Shown here one piece after another: positions 1-9,782 of a stretch of 64,000 nucleotides of DNA. The position numbers were made by a program, and so were the translations under genes. How positions within the stretch are numbered: position 1 is the first letter of the stretch; every line of letters begins with the position of its first letter. The notes beneath the pieces are model-generated. The model worked only from the letters and a program-made list of their open reading frames with translations, had not been told where the DNA came from and made no database searches. The stretch lies in sequence record MT133560.1. One strand, 5' to 3'.

Positions 1-1
1 G

Positions 2-181
2 GCATTAGATGCAAATGTGCCAACTATGTATAACCTATACTGGTCCGATGATGTAAAGAGACTAGAAGAATGGTTAAATAAAAATGAATCTGATGAGCCA
101 TATATGCCAATTGATTGGTCTGAAATCTTAGATCCTAGAGATAGCCGTCTACCTGAATTGATGGATGAATATAATAATTAA
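2..181 (+). CDS. 3' end of hypothetical protein (starts before window)
   Basis: Frame 2 open from window edge to TAA 179-181, followed by a terminator. Confidence 0.7.
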   Translation, partial: ALDANVPTMYNLYWSDDVKRLEEWLNKNESDEPYMPIDWSEILDPRDSRLPELMDEYNN

Positions 182-215
182 TTTTCTCAAATGAATTAGT
201 TATAATAGCCAAAAT

Positions 216-241
216 AAACCCTCCTCTTAGTAGGAGGGTTT
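216..241 (+). terminator. intrinsic terminator hairpin
   Basis: AAACCCTCCT-CTTAGT-AGGAGGGTTT. Confidence 0.8.
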
Positions 242-284
242 ATATCGTCTCAAATTAGATTATCAATTAGAAAAGGAACATCAA

Positions 285-1385
285 ATGAATTATCGTAATA
301 GCAAACTTACGTTAGTCCAGCAGAAGTGGATTGATCGTTTTATCTCCATTGCTATGGAGGTTGATAATGGCCGTGCAATTTCCAATGCATATCGCTATAC
401 TCTTAATGAACAGGGAATTAGTTCAGATAGTGAAGATCTACGTATTCACTATCCTTTTGGAGTTGATAGAAAAGAATTCATCAAAGAACAAATTTACAAA
501 CTATGTGATGAAGTTATAAGCCCTTTAAATCTGAAAGCATTCAGAATTAGTGGTGGTTTTGCATTACTAGATGATGAAGGAATCATTGGTTTCCTAATGA
601 ATGGAATGGAAGGTACCACTAGTCAGAACTTTAGATTATACTCCAATGAAGAACTGATCAAAGTATTTAAATTACGTTTTGAAGAAGTATTTGATCAGAC
701 TCGTCCACCTAGTATTAAAAGAATTCGGGTTAACTATCAAAATAATGAACTATATAGCTTTAGTGAAGTTATTTCTGTTCGTAACTACAATCCAAATATG
801 ATGGAAATGTATCCATTCCTAGATCGATCTCCAGCTGAAATCTGGACTGAATTCGCTGCATCTGAATCTAATGTTCTACTATTGATTGGTCCTCCTGGTA
901 CTGGTAAGTCTAATTATATCAATGAGATTATTCGGGCTCGTGGTTATAATGATCGTAATGTGTATCTAGCTGATCAAGATGATGTACTTGGCCACGCCGG
1001 TTTGACTAATTTTATTCGTGGTGTTGAGGATAATTCACTCATTATTACAGAAGACTCTGATAAAATGGTGGCTAAACGTGTAGATGGTAATAGTAATATG
1101 TCAGGGCTATTAAATGCTACAGCTGGTCTAGTATCTACTAAGACCAAGATTATCATTTCTACTAATCTTCCGACTCTTCGTGATGTTGATGAAGCTTTAG
1201 TTCGACCTGGCCGTGCTTTCGATATTCTTACCTTCAAAACACTTACTGCTGAACAAGCGAATGCAGCTCGTTTAGCTAATGGTCTAGATCCAGTTGAGTT
1301 TGTCGGTAATAATCTTACTTTAGCTGAAGCATTGAATACTAGTTCTTGCAGTAGCCAACGCAAAGCAAGTCGTGTAGGTTTCTAA
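285..1385 (+). CDS. AAA+ ATPase with unknown N-terminal domain
   Basis: Walker A GPPGTGKS, Walker B LIITEDSD, SGLLN, arginine-finger segment DEALVRPGR. Confidence 0.9.
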   Translation: MNYRNSKLTLVQQKWIDRFISIAMEVDNGRAISNAYRYTLNEQGISSDSEDLRIHYPFGVDRKEFIKEQIYKLCDEVISPLNLKAFRISGGFALLDDEGIIGFLMNGMEGTTSQNFRLYSNEELIKVFKLRFEEVFDQTRPPSIKRIRVNYQNNELYSFSEVISVRNYNPNMMEMYPFLDRSPAEIWTEFAASESNVLLLIGPPGTGKSNYINEIIRARGYNDRNVYLADQDDVLGHAGLTNFIRGVEDNSLIITEDSDKMVAKRVDGNSNMSGLLNATAGLVSTKTKIIISTNLPTLRDVDEALVRPGRAFDILTFKTLTAEQANAARLANGLDPVEFVGNNLTLAEALNTSSCSSQRKASRVGF

Positions 1386-1492
1386 GGAAAAGTAAGCTGC
1401 TTTTAAACTAGCGAAGAAACATGAATTCCAACGTGTTATTTATAATCCTGATGACCTTAAAGTAAAGCATTATTTCACATACGGAGATCAGC

Positions 1493-2095
1493 ATGCAGCG
1501 CAATAATGACCCGCAGCAAGTAATCATGTCGATTGAGATGTACAATAGCCTACTGGCTATGGCTAATGATTCACCTCATTACACGACAAAACTTATCCAA
1601 CGTCACGTGCGAAAGATGAATCCTTTTTTACAACCTGCACATCTAAAGAATGTCAGAACTAAGGAAGCTATTCGGTCCCAACGTATTCGTGAAGCTCGGG
1701 CTTTCTTCGAAGCCAATCATAGAAAAATTCTGTACGCAAAGGTTGATATGGGTAACTGTAAAAAAGGAGATGATCCGGTTTACTTCCCATGCATATCTGA
1801 ACGTATTGCCAAGAATAGACAACTAATCCAAGTTCGTCATGCCAATGAAGTTGGTTATGGACGGTGCATCCGGTTGGTAGAGGCTAAATATCTCACAACC
1901 ATTATTCCTGATGGATATATCCAAGGAACTGGGCCGTATAAAAAATATCTTGTTAAAGAGAATGGTCCTTACGATATCCGTGAACAAGAAGAAAAACGTA
2001 AACAAGCTTTTTCGAGTGAGATAGCTAAGAAGTTTGAGTTCAAACATGATTCTTACGATATGGATAATCTCAAAAAGAATTATTATACACAATGA
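1493..2095 (+). CDS. hypothetical protein; N-terminal domain paralogous to 26810..27193
   Basis: ORF with GGAG upstream; by-eye alignment to 26810. Confidence 0.8.
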   Translation: MQRNNDPQQVIMSIEMYNSLLAMANDSPHYTTKLIQRHVRKMNPFLQPAHLKNVRTKEAIRSQRIREARAFFEANHRKILYAKVDMGNCKKGDDPVYFPCISERIAKNRQLIQVRHANEVGYGRCIRLVEAKYLTTIIPDGYIQGTGPYKKYLVKENGPYDIREQEEKRKQAFSSEIAKKFEFKHDSYDMDNLKKNYYTQ

Positions 2096-2222
2096 GATTA
2101 GTATAAATGGACATTAGTTTATCTCCAGTATGAGTATTCCAACTTCTTAAATATTACTAAAGAGCAGACTATGAATATATCAGTGTTTGCTCTTTGGAGG
2201 TAATTACTCTGGAGCATCTAAT

Positions 2223-2555
2223 ATGTGTGCAATTCCTGTAATACCTGTATCAAATGACATCACTATTATTAAGCCAGGTGATACAGTTTGGTCAACAGGT
2301 GTTCTCGGTATGAAAGCATCCTGTGAGCATCCACCAGCGCTATTCTGTATACGGGGTGATGAACTTGAAGTTCTAGAAATTAGCCCTCCCACGGAATATG
2401 AGAAAAAAGAAATGTATAAGTGCCGCTTAAAAAGAGGCACTGGTCATTTCTGGATTTATCGTAGTGGGTTTACTAAAACAAAGCCATTTAATCACAATAT
2501 GACTGGTTATGAGTTTTGGGATGGTGAGAAAATTAGAGAATATGGTGGGTATTAG
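2223..2555 (+). CDS. hypothetical protein, SH3-like beta pattern
   Basis: ORF track starts at TTG 2187; ATG 2223 preferred (GGAG upstream). Confidence 0.7.
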   Translation: MCAIPVIPVSNDITIIKPGDTVWSTGVLGMKASCEHPPALFCIRGDELEVLEISPPTEYEKKEMYKCRLKRGTGHFWIYRSGFTKTKPFNHNMTGYEFWDGEKIREYGGY

Positions 2556-2566
2556 AGTAAAAGAAA

Positions 2567-2692
2567 ATGACTAGCGAAAATAATAAATCAGACATACAAC
2601 ATGAACAAGAAGAACCACCCATATTCAAGATGCTTTTTCTAAGTGCAGTTATAGGTGGATCATTATGGGAAATAATTAGACAGTGGTTTTAG
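2567..2692 (+). CDS. 41-aa putative membrane microprotein
   Basis: MTSENNKSDIQHEQEEPPIFKMLFLSAVIGGSLWEIIRQWF; read by hand, below the ORF-track cutoff. Confidence 0.55.
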   Translation: MTSENNKSDIQHEQEEPPIFKMLFLSAVIGGSLWEIIRQWF

Positions 2693-2726
2693 CCACTGTC
2701 TTTATAATGTATTTTGAGTTATAAAA

Positions 2727-3075
2727 ATGTCCATAGAAAAAGCCTATTCCAATTTAATAGCTTCAATTAAAACAGTTAGAAAACATTTTCCTAAATTAAT
2801 TCAAGAGAAGAATTTAGATGAGGAATTACGACGGGAGTTTACGACTCCTATTCAATTCGACCCGACTAAGAAATCGGGAAACTCCTTTTGATAACGAACA
2901 GTCAGAAATGGATAAGTTAAAACCAATCGATGACTTTTGGAAAACTAAAACAATTAAACCATCAGATGCTTATTTAGAAAGAAAGAATGAGCAACTAAAG
3001 ATGATTAATCCGCATAAAGTTTATAATCCATTCAATGAAAAAGATACGGTATTAAAACCTATTTCTAAATTATAA
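2727..3075 (+). pseudogene. hypothetical gene split by an apparent 1-nt insertion (or sequencing error)
   Basis: ATG 2727 frame stops at TGA 2889-91; removing one A at 2879-81 joins it to the C-terminal part of ORF 2818..3075. Confidence 0.55.
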
Positions 3076-3087
3076 AAAGGATTTACT

Positions 3088-3507
3088 ATGAAACAAGATC
3101 ATCAATTCTGGCATGATAAACCATTTTCAGAAAATGAAGTTAGGAAGAAACTTGGCGGATCGTCATTATCCAAACTAAGTACAGAACAGATTTTAGAAGA
3201 GTGGCGAACAGAACATATTGAACGTAATACTCCTTTAAGTAAAAGGCTATATGACATTCGTAATAAAGCCATCAATGATTACTCACTTACTGATAATCAA
3301 CAAGTTAATAATTTGTTGCAATGTGCAGTGGATCAAGTCTTAGCAGATGTGATCATTATGTTAGATGGTTCAGTGCCACATAAGCAATTTCAAATTTCTG
3401 AATATGAAATTGAAATGGACAGTAAGGAATTATCGATTAAAGAACATACTCGTCCAATAACTGAAGATCTACTAAAAAATTATTTTGAATTGGTGAATGG
3501 CAAATGA
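3088..3507 (+). CDS. hypothetical protein
   Basis: Co-oriented ORF, AAGGA upstream. Confidence 0.8.
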   Translation: MKQDHQFWHDKPFSENEVRKKLGGSSLSKLSTEQILEEWRTEHIERNTPLSKRLYDIRNKAINDYSLTDNQQVNNLLQCAVDQVLADVIIMLDGSVPHKQFQISEYEIEMDSKELSIKEHTRPITEDLLKNYFELVNGK

Positions 3508-3848
3508 CTGAACGTATTCATTACTCAGATCGTAAGTTACCGCTGTGTTTTAAAGGTGTTTATGACATTCCAGTTGTAACCATCGAAAACTATTGTAAGT
3601 GGTATGGTCTTAATATTGTCTATCCAGATGGGCGTGTTGAATGGGTTGACACTGATTTACTTGCTGAAATAGAACGGGAAAGCAAGTTCTCAGTAATGGG
3701 TGATCACAACTATCATCCAATTCTGCTGGACAAAGTAGCTGAGAAGATTGGCGGGGTGGCATGTGAGGTTGCACGTGAGTTGATGACTGGTCGTTGGGTA
3801 CTAGAGGTTATGGACGGTAAAATCCCTGGTCAAGAAAAATTCTGTTAA
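3504..3848 (+). CDS. hypothetical protein
   Basis: ATGA overlap with previous ORF. Confidence 0.8.
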   Translation: MTERIHYSDRKLPLCFKGVYDIPVVTIENYCKWYGLNIVYPDGRVEWVDTDLLAEIERESKFSVMGDHNYHPILLDKVAEKIGGVACEVARELMTGRWVLEVMDGKIPGQEKFC

Positions 3849-3852
3849 ATGG

Positions 3853-4401
3853 ATGATTAAAATGGGTATTGATGTTTTCCCTGTAGTTACCAAACGTTCC
3901 ACACGTTCTTCAGATGGTGCACGTGTACTTAAATTCATTGACATGCATACATGCGAGGCTCTTAACTTTAGCCGTTGCTATTATCTTTGGGATTGGTTAA
4001 CCGATAATAATGAGTATACCAACCGATTCTGTCGACCGACTCTTAAAGGCTGTGGATTTGGTACACTCGTCAGTGATGACTCGCATCCAGTATGGAACAA
4101 CTTTGAAGGTCGCCTTTCACAAATTGTCAATTCCAAACAGGACAATCTAACACCGTACGCCTATTATAGTGAAGATGGTTGGTACCCACTTACAATGATC
4201 TTCAATATGGAAGACCTCTGGAACTTCGATTATGATCAGAAGCCAACGATGTTCGATCAAGATGTTAATGGTGAAGTCATTTCGGAAAAAACCTATCGCC
4301 AGCTATTTTTGAGCAATAGTGTGGATGATGGTTATTTCAAGTTCCTGGAAGAAACTAAAAAGATGGAGTGTGTTCACTTCATCGCCCGATTCTGGGGATG
4401 A
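3853..4401 (+). CDS. hypothetical protein
   Basis: Co-oriented, tightly packed ORF. Confidence 0.8.
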   Translation: MIKMGIDVFPVVTKRSTRSSDGARVLKFIDMHTCEALNFSRCYYLWDWLTDNNEYTNRFCRPTLKGCGFGTLVSDDSHPVWNNFEGRLSQIVNSKQDNLTPYAYYSEDGWYPLTMIFNMEDLWNFDYDQKPTMFDQDVNGEVISEKTYRQLFLSNSVDDGYFKFLEETKKMECVHFIARFWG

Positions 4402-4424
4402 TTACTTAACAGGAAAAGTTAAAA

Positions 4425-4994
4425 ATGGCTATTCTATCTGATAAAACAATCACTGACTTATCTAAAGGTCGTGAACCAATGATTACGGATTTCATTGGTC
4501 ACCAGGTCCGTGAAAAAGATGGTAAAAAGATTATTAGTTATGGGCTTAGTTCATATGGGTACGATGTAAGGCTAGCCCGTAATTTTAAGATCTTTTCTAA
4601 TGTAACAAGTGCAGTTATTGACCCATTAGACCCTAGTGATGGATTCTTAGTAGATTGGACTGGTGATTATTGTATTATTCCACCTAACAGTTATATTCTT
4701 GGTCATACTGTAGAATCGTTTAATATTCCAGATGATGTCCTAGCTATTTGCACAGGTAAATCAACCTATGCACGACTAGGTGCAATTGTTAATGTCACTC
4801 CTATTGAACCAGGTTTCAAAGGACAAGTCGTTATTGAGATTGCAAACTGCACTACACTACCTCTAAAAATTTATGCTGATATGGGTATTGCTCAGTTTAT
4901 GTTCTTTAGAGGTGATGCCCCATGTGAAGTTAGTTATGCAAAACGTAATGGTAAATATCAAAATCAAATTGGTATCACAACAGCGAGACTTTAA
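4425..4994 (+). CDS. dcd: dCTP deaminase
   Basis: SYGLSSYGYDVRL, GKSTYARLG, TPIEPGFKGQVVIE, KYQNQ motifs. Confidence 0.96.
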   Translation: MAILSDKTITDLSKGREPMITDFIGHQVREKDGKKIISYGLSSYGYDVRLARNFKIFSNVTSAVIDPLDPSDGFLVDWTGDYCIIPPNSYILGHTVESFNIPDDVLAICTGKSTYARLGAIVNVTPIEPGFKGQVVIEIANCTTLPLKIYADMGIAQFMFFRGDAPCEVSYAKRNGKYQNQIGITTARL

Positions 4995-4996
4995 TA

Positions 4997-5233
4997 ATGC
5001 TTAGTCCTAACCAAGAAAAGTTTGTCAGTCGGCTAACTGAAATTACAAAGGCATCTGATTCAGAACTTTGTGCAGTTAATGATACAATCTCATTTGATAT
5101 TTCAACTGATAACATGCATGCTGAATTCTTTAATTTGGTTGCTGAACTGCATTTTAAGATTGTTCATATGTTTCCAATTAACCAATATAACACTCGTTAT
5201 CGGGTTGTTATTCATGAACCATTCTATCTATGA
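4997..5233 (+). CDS. hypothetical protein
   Basis: Co-oriented ORF 2 nt after dcd. Confidence 0.7.
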   Translation: MLSPNQEKFVSRLTEITKASDSELCAVNDTISFDISTDNMHAEFFNLVAELHFKIVHMFPINQYNTRYRVVIHEPFYL

Positions 5234-5256
5234 TTGACCAACATAGTGGTTTATAC

Positions 5257-5295
5257 ATTTAAAGCATTTTAAACAGTATATCACAAATGTGATAT
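5257..5295 (+). promoter_or_regulatory. early (virion RNAP-type) promoter, class B cassette
   Basis: ATTTAAAGCATTTTAAACAGTATATCACAAATGTGATAT; 38/39 identical to 31217-31255; TATATCAC variant of TATATTAC. Confidence 0.8.
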
Positions 5296-5323
5296 AATCA
5301 ACATATATAGGAGATTCTAATAC

Positions 5324-5800
5324 ATGTCACGCAATACTATTTCTTCCTGGAGTGAACTTGGTTCAATGCTGGGTGTACAGCCGAAGCCGGTTCAGAAGAA
5401 ACAGAAAAATCGAGCTAAAAAGAATCATGAAGCTGCGGTTCGTAAAAATTCTAGGGAAACCTTTATGGACATTGCTGCAAAACAAACTAAATCAAGTCCT
5501 AACTTCCGTAAGAACAAACAAAAAGATGTTCGTCATTGCAGTGTATGTGATAATATTAAACTAAAAGAAAATGGTATCGAAGAAGGGCGGGCCAAACCAA
5601 TTGGTATGACCGAATTAGCTAAGTTCAAAGTTGAGCTAGCAAAAAATGGTCTTGAGCTATTCGGTTGTGAAGTACGTAAGCAAGAATCTTTTGCAGATGC
5701 ATTTTATGGTAATAATACCATTTGTGAAGAAACTGCAAAGCTGATTAAAGCATACCAGGAAGAGTTTGATTCAGTCTTCCGCCGCGCTATTACTGCCTAA
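5324..5800 (+). CDS. basic early protein, unknown function
   Basis: Directly downstream of early promoter, AGGAG RBS, Lys-rich N-half. Confidence 0.85.
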   Translation: MSRNTISSWSELGSMLGVQPKPVQKKQKNRAKKNHEAAVRKNSRETFMDIAAKQTKSSPNFRKNKQKDVRHCSVCDNIKLKENGIEEGRAKPIGMTELAKFKVELAKNGLELFGCEVRKQESFADAFYGNNTICEETAKLIKAYQEEFDSVFRRAITA

Positions 5801-5807
5801 CGATATA

Positions 5808-5825
5808 GGGGACCTTCTGGTCCCC
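5808..5825 (+). terminator. intrinsic terminator
   Basis: GGGGACC-TTCT-GGTCCCC. Confidence 0.75.
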
Positions 5826-5857
5826 TTAGTCATTATTATTTTTTTTGGATTTTAGCT

Positions 5858-6049
5858 ATGGATGATATTGAAAAGAAAATAGCCAAAATGGAAGCTCTAT
5901 TTAGGTACCATGGTATTACCGTTGATATTAACCATAAGTTGAAACCTAATGCTAAGACAAAATTAACTCGTGCGGAAATTAACCGATTACAAATACAATA
6001 TGATAAGCTTTTAGCTGAACGCGAAGAAGCTTTAAAAGCAATTCCTTAA
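5858..6049 (+). CDS. hypothetical protein
   Basis: Short co-oriented ORF. Confidence 0.65.
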   Translation: MDDIEKKIAKMEALFRYHGITVDINHKLKPNAKTKLTRAEINRLQIQYDKLLAEREEALKAIP

Positions 6050-6053
6050 ATTA

Positions 6054-6284
6054 TTGAGGATTTATAAAATGTTCAAGCGCGTTATGAGATATATTCGTGT
6101 TTTGAAATTAATTGTTATTTTCTATGTTAGGCGACAACTGGGTTTACACGATTATTGTACACGAAAAAATACAATTGCATTAGATCGTGAAAATAATAAA
6201 CGTGTTCAAATAAATGCTATTTCTCGTAAAGTCGAAGAAGCATTATTTAAAGTTGAACTAGCTGCGATAATGAGTAAGCGGTAA
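6054..6284 (+). CDS. hypothetical protein (start may be ATG 6069)
   Basis: Short co-oriented ORF ending before terminator. Confidence 0.65.
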   Translation: MRIYKMFKRVMRYIRVLKLIVIFYVRRQLGLHDYCTRKNTIALDRENNKRVQINAISRKVEEALFKVELAAIMSKR

Positions 6285-6289
6285 TGTTG

Positions 6290-6352
6290 TCATAAAGCCC
6301 TCCCTTCGGGGAGGGCTATTGCACTAAATTTTATTTGAGATCTACATTATAG
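6290..6352 (+). promoter_or_regulatory. terminator + early promoter cassette (class A, divergent copy)
   Basis: CATAAA-GCCCTCCC-TTCG-GGGAGGGC then TAAATTTTATTTGAGATCTACATTATA. Confidence 0.7.
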
Positions 6353-6394
6353 ATTAGCATATACTAATGGAAACATCTACATGAGGTAATTATC

Positions 6395-6694
6395 GTGAAC
6401 GAAGCTATTATTTCACTGGACCGCAGAGGAGCCCATCATTTAGGATCTCGCGGTTATCCAATTAGATCAATTGGAGATGTTACAGTATTTGATTTGAATC
6501 ATAATCAACTATATCCCAAAATCCATTCTCTTAAAGATCAAAATCATGATGGATGGCACTCCATTAGTGTTGATGATGAAAATGGAGTAACAGCATATAC
6601 GTTTGTTTTGAATATGGATCTTAATCTAGGATGGCTAAGACCTAAGCAGCCTAATGTTGGTGGTGGATATATCAAAATCAAATTTGAACAATAA
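6395..6694 (+). CDS. hypothetical early protein
   Basis: GAGGT RBS, GTG start, after promoter cassette. Confidence 0.75.
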   Translation: MNEAIISLDRRGAHHLGSRGYPIRSIGDVTVFDLNHNQLYPKIHSLKDQNHDGWHSISVDDENGVTAYTFVLNMDLNLGWLRPKQPNVGGGYIKIKFEQ

Positions 6695-6712
6695 GCGGTG
6701 TGTACACCGCTT
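6693..6712 (+). terminator. intrinsic terminator
   Basis: AAGCGGTG-TGTA-CACCGCTT followed by T tract. Confidence 0.7.
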
Positions 6713-6743
6713 TTATTCCGTGTTTATACTCAAAAGGTAATTT

Positions 6744-7877
6744 ATGATTATGTTTAAGTACTTAAAAAATGTTATTGATATTTTTAACAAACCAAAAAAG
6801 GTAGATACATTAGAACAAAAGATAGCTAATCTAAATGATAAATACATCAGAGAAAATGTAGATGTTGATCAAATTGATATTCTGTCAGGTTATTTCACAG
6901 GAATGCTATCTGGGAAATTACATGATCGAAGTTTAGTATGGGGTTATTATACCAAAGAAACTAAGACATGGATGATTTATTTTGTTGAACAAAATTTTGA
7001 TTCATTCATGTATAAAGTAACTAATAATTCATTAGATATTATTAATCTAACTGATATAGAAGATCTTAAATTATTCTATTTCTCTAATGAACAATACATA
7101 CCTGTAAATACACCAATCAATAGTGATCTAAATGTGGCTGTAATTTTCACATCAAAACCACTCACTAAGGATTTCATTGATCCATCTTTAATAGATCAAG
7201 TTAAATCAGTTAATAGTAATTACAAGATTGTGATGGGTGGGTTATCTAATAATTCCAAATTTGATAGTAACCCAATAACTCTAATTGTAGAGTCTTATGA
7301 AGCAGATGGTGATATCGTCGTAGTTGAACTAACTAATGGTACAACTGTGGCCATCAATAGAAAACTACTTAATATGTTTATGTATCAGTCAAGAATAGTT
7401 GATACATGTAATAACTCAAAAGTGCTTATAGATTTCAATGGACGGCTAAAGTTCACACCTATGGAGAATCATTTAGGTGGTATAAATAGTGCAATGCATT
7501 ATTGGTCAAGTAATGGAATTATCAAAATTAGGTGTGACTATAGTATCATATTAGATCTAGATAAGTTTCCAGAGATTGCTAATCATATTGGAAACTGGAT
7601 ACATATTGAAGCTAAGACAATTGCAAAAGTAATTGACTCGGTTGTGGTACCATACTTAACAAATGGGGAGCTTAGTACGCTCATTGTTGATTTAGATAAT
7701 ATCGATATTCAGTATCGTGGTTTAACATTATCTGGTAATATCAGCTTGCGTGATCGTTTAGATAAATGCAAAATCAAACTGATAAATCCATCAACTGATC
7801 CATATGAGATACCTAGTCTAAATGGTAAACGTGATGTCCATGGTTTTTATAGAGTAGATGGAAGTTTATTAAAATGA
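6744..7877 (+). CDS. hypothetical protein
   Basis: 377-aa ORF, AAGGT upstream; no motif recognised. Confidence 0.85.
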   Translation: MIMFKYLKNVIDIFNKPKKVDTLEQKIANLNDKYIRENVDVDQIDILSGYFTGMLSGKLHDRSLVWGYYTKETKTWMIYFVEQNFDSFMYKVTNNSLDIINLTDIEDLKLFYFSNEQYIPVNTPINSDLNVAVIFTSKPLTKDFIDPSLIDQVKSVNSNYKIVMGGLSNNSKFDSNPITLIVESYEADGDIVVVELTNGTTVAINRKLLNMFMYQSRIVDTCNNSKVLIDFNGRLKFTPMENHLGGINSAMHYWSSNGIIKIRCDYSIILDLDKFPEIANHIGNWIHIEAKTIAKVIDSVVVPYLTNGELSTLIVDLDNIDIQYRGLTLSGNISLRDRLDKCKIKLINPSTDPYEIPSLNGKRDVHGFYRVDGSLLK

Positions 7878-8344
7878 TTAAATTAGTGATTAGTCTTTTT
7901 TATAAAATAGTTAATGAAAAGATGTCTCCCACATATAAGAAATTAGTTACATTAGATAGAAATGGATACATTTTCAATAATAAACAAGATCTGTATTCGA
8001 TTAATCTTTCACTCTATCTTGAACTCATTCATTCAGTGACGAATGACTATATTGTTCAAGAAATTATAATGTGTCTAAGTTCTAAGCCACAAGCAGTGAA
8101 AGAACTATTCCTTGAAGACCTAAGTACTAATAATCAACTACATTATTCATTGTTAGCTTGTAAAATAATGAATGAGAGGAAAATCATTAATAAGAATATT
8201 AATAAAGCGTGTGCTAAAAATATGGCTACTTTTTTAAAGGGTTATTTCCCAAGAGACTACTTCACTTGGTATAGTTGTCTCTATTTAGCCCTATCGGCTA
8301 AAAATAAAGCTGAGAATAACAAAGTATCTGTTATTAATGAGTAA
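7874..8344 (+). CDS. hypothetical protein
   Basis: ATGA overlap. Confidence 0.75.
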   Translation: MIKLVISLFYKIVNEKMSPTYKKLVTLDRNGYIFNNKQDLYSINLSLYLELIHSVTNDYIVQEIIMCLSSKPQAVKELFLEDLSTNNQLHYSLLACKIMNERKIINKNINKACAKNMATFLKGYFPRDYFTWYSCLYLALSAKNKAENNKVSVINE

Positions 8345-8353
8345 ATACAATAC

Positions 8354-8360
8354 TATGTAG
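8354..8360 (+). promoter_or_regulatory. late-type promoter TATGTAG
   Basis: Same heptamer as upstream of the tRNA genes. Confidence 0.55.
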
Positions 8361-8446
8361 TAGTATTTCTATTACGTACCTTTCGAGGCATATACTCCAT
8401 GACTTATGTTGTGGGGTATATGTGTTATAATGTTTAAGAGGTTAAA

Positions 8447-8794
8447 ATGCAAAAGCAACTAAATTCTGATGATCTAGATGTTCTTGACTCCTTTAATGCA
8501 GCATGGGAAATTGTTAAGGAAGAACATACTGATCTATTCTCACGTATAGCAATGATGGCTATTAATAAGTTAACTGATGATGATATCTCAGTCAATGATA
8601 CTAAAGTAAGTATTCAGCAAGTAGTTAATTTCCATGAGAGAATTCGAGATATCATTCCTAGCTCTGAGATTGTTAATCTTACGATTGTTAAAACTATCTT
8701 AGGTGAAATGAATGGTTGGTTAGAATTTGATGAACTTAATGAAGAACTATTTACAGCATTAGGTAAAGCTTATAGCACTGTTAACTTTAATTGA
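8447..8794 (+). CDS. hypothetical acidic protein
   Basis: GAGGT RBS. Confidence 0.8.
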   Translation: MQKQLNSDDLDVLDSFNAAWEIVKEEHTDLFSRIAMMAINKLTDDDISVNDTKVSIQQVVNFHERIRDIIPSSEIVNLTIVKTILGEMNGWLEFDELNEELFTALGKAYSTVNFN

Positions 8795-8823
8795 TCATTA
8801 ATATGAAAATTAAAACAATATAA

Positions 8824-8841
8824 GTGAGGCATGTGCCTCAC
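8824..8841 (+). terminator. hairpin, probable terminator
   Basis: GTGAGGCA-TG-TGCCTCAC. Confidence 0.55.
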
Positions 8842-8862
8842 TACATAGTAGAGGACTAACAC

Positions 8863-9195
8863 ATGCAGATTCAATTAGATCCATTAATGGTTTACCATGG
8901 TAGCACTAGATCTTTATTTAATGAAGATTCTAGTTTAAATGTTGTTGATGTAAGGGGCATTCAATTAAATGCTGAAGGGATAGCTGATAACAAAAATTAC
9001 TATTTTGATTATGGACGTAAGAAAGATGATGATGGTGAAATACTCACTATTTACGTACATGATCGAAATGTAGCTAAAGATTTTATTGTACTGTACGTTG
9101 AATTCCATTTAGGCACACATAAATTTCATACGTATGTACATCCACAATATCGGCATAAATTTCCAGTATTAGTACTGGAGTTATTATTCGTTTAA
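8863..9195 (+). CDS. hypothetical protein
   Basis: GAGGA RBS. Confidence 0.8.
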   Translation: MQIQLDPLMVYHGSTRSLFNEDSSLNVVDVRGIQLNAEGIADNKNYYFDYGRKKDDDGEILTIYVHDRNVAKDFIVLYVEFHLGTHKFHTYVHPQYRHKFPVLVLELLFV

Positions 9196-9200
9196 TATTA

Positions 9201-9223
9201 AGGGACTCTTAATGAGAGTCCCT
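9201..9223 (+). terminator. intrinsic terminator
   Basis: AGGGACTCT-TAATG-AGAGTCCCT then T-rich tract. Confidence 0.8.
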
Positions 9224-9383
9224 ATTTATTTTGCGTAAGTGTATATATGAAAAAGAAAGCATTTATTGAAACTAGTCTAAAATATTCAAACACCAAATAT
9301 AACAAAGCGATCATCTGTAATGAAATAAAATTCAAACGGTACTAAACATACTAACCCTATGAATTAAAACGCACGGTGGTTGT

Positions 9384-9782
9384 ATGAAAATCTATGGTTC
9401 TTCTTTTCATGAGGTCACACTAGAATATGGAAAACCCTTTATACGCAATGGGGTTTTAAAACATTTACCTGATCTAGGTACACCAGACTTAGGATGGACT
9501 GATTTTAATATCCTTGAAATTATTCCAGGACCAGGTTATATCGATAAGAATACTCTAAACTTTTATAAAGAAAGAGATTGCTTATTTCCAGCAATCGTCA
9601 GGTTTACTGTATTTGAAGAAGAGCGTAATCGTATTATATCAACAATTAATGTTGATCTGGCGAAAAAGGAATTAGAGTGGAATAAGACTGATCGTTTTTG
9701 GGAAATCGAAAACTTTGCAATTAGATTCCAATTAACTCAAAATCCTTATTCAGTTTTATGGGCATCCAATGGATCACTATAG
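9384..9782 (+). CDS. hypothetical protein
   Basis: Co-oriented ORF. Confidence 0.75.
   Translation: MKIYGSSFHEVTLEYGKPFIRNGVLKHLPDLGTPDLGWTDFNILEIIPGPGYIDKNTLNFYKERDCLFPAIVRFTVFEEERNRIISTINVDLAKKELEWNKTDRFWEIENFAIRFQLTQNPYSVLWASNGSL

Noticed and set aside
2876-2882. GGGAAAC as a programmed -1 frameshift site
   Set aside because: Joining the two frames needs +1; the -1 frame closes after about 14 codons
8841-8847. Antisense TATGTAG promoter on minus strand
   Set aside because: It runs straight into the 8824-8841 hairpin and would give only about 25 nt; may be chance in AT-rich DNA
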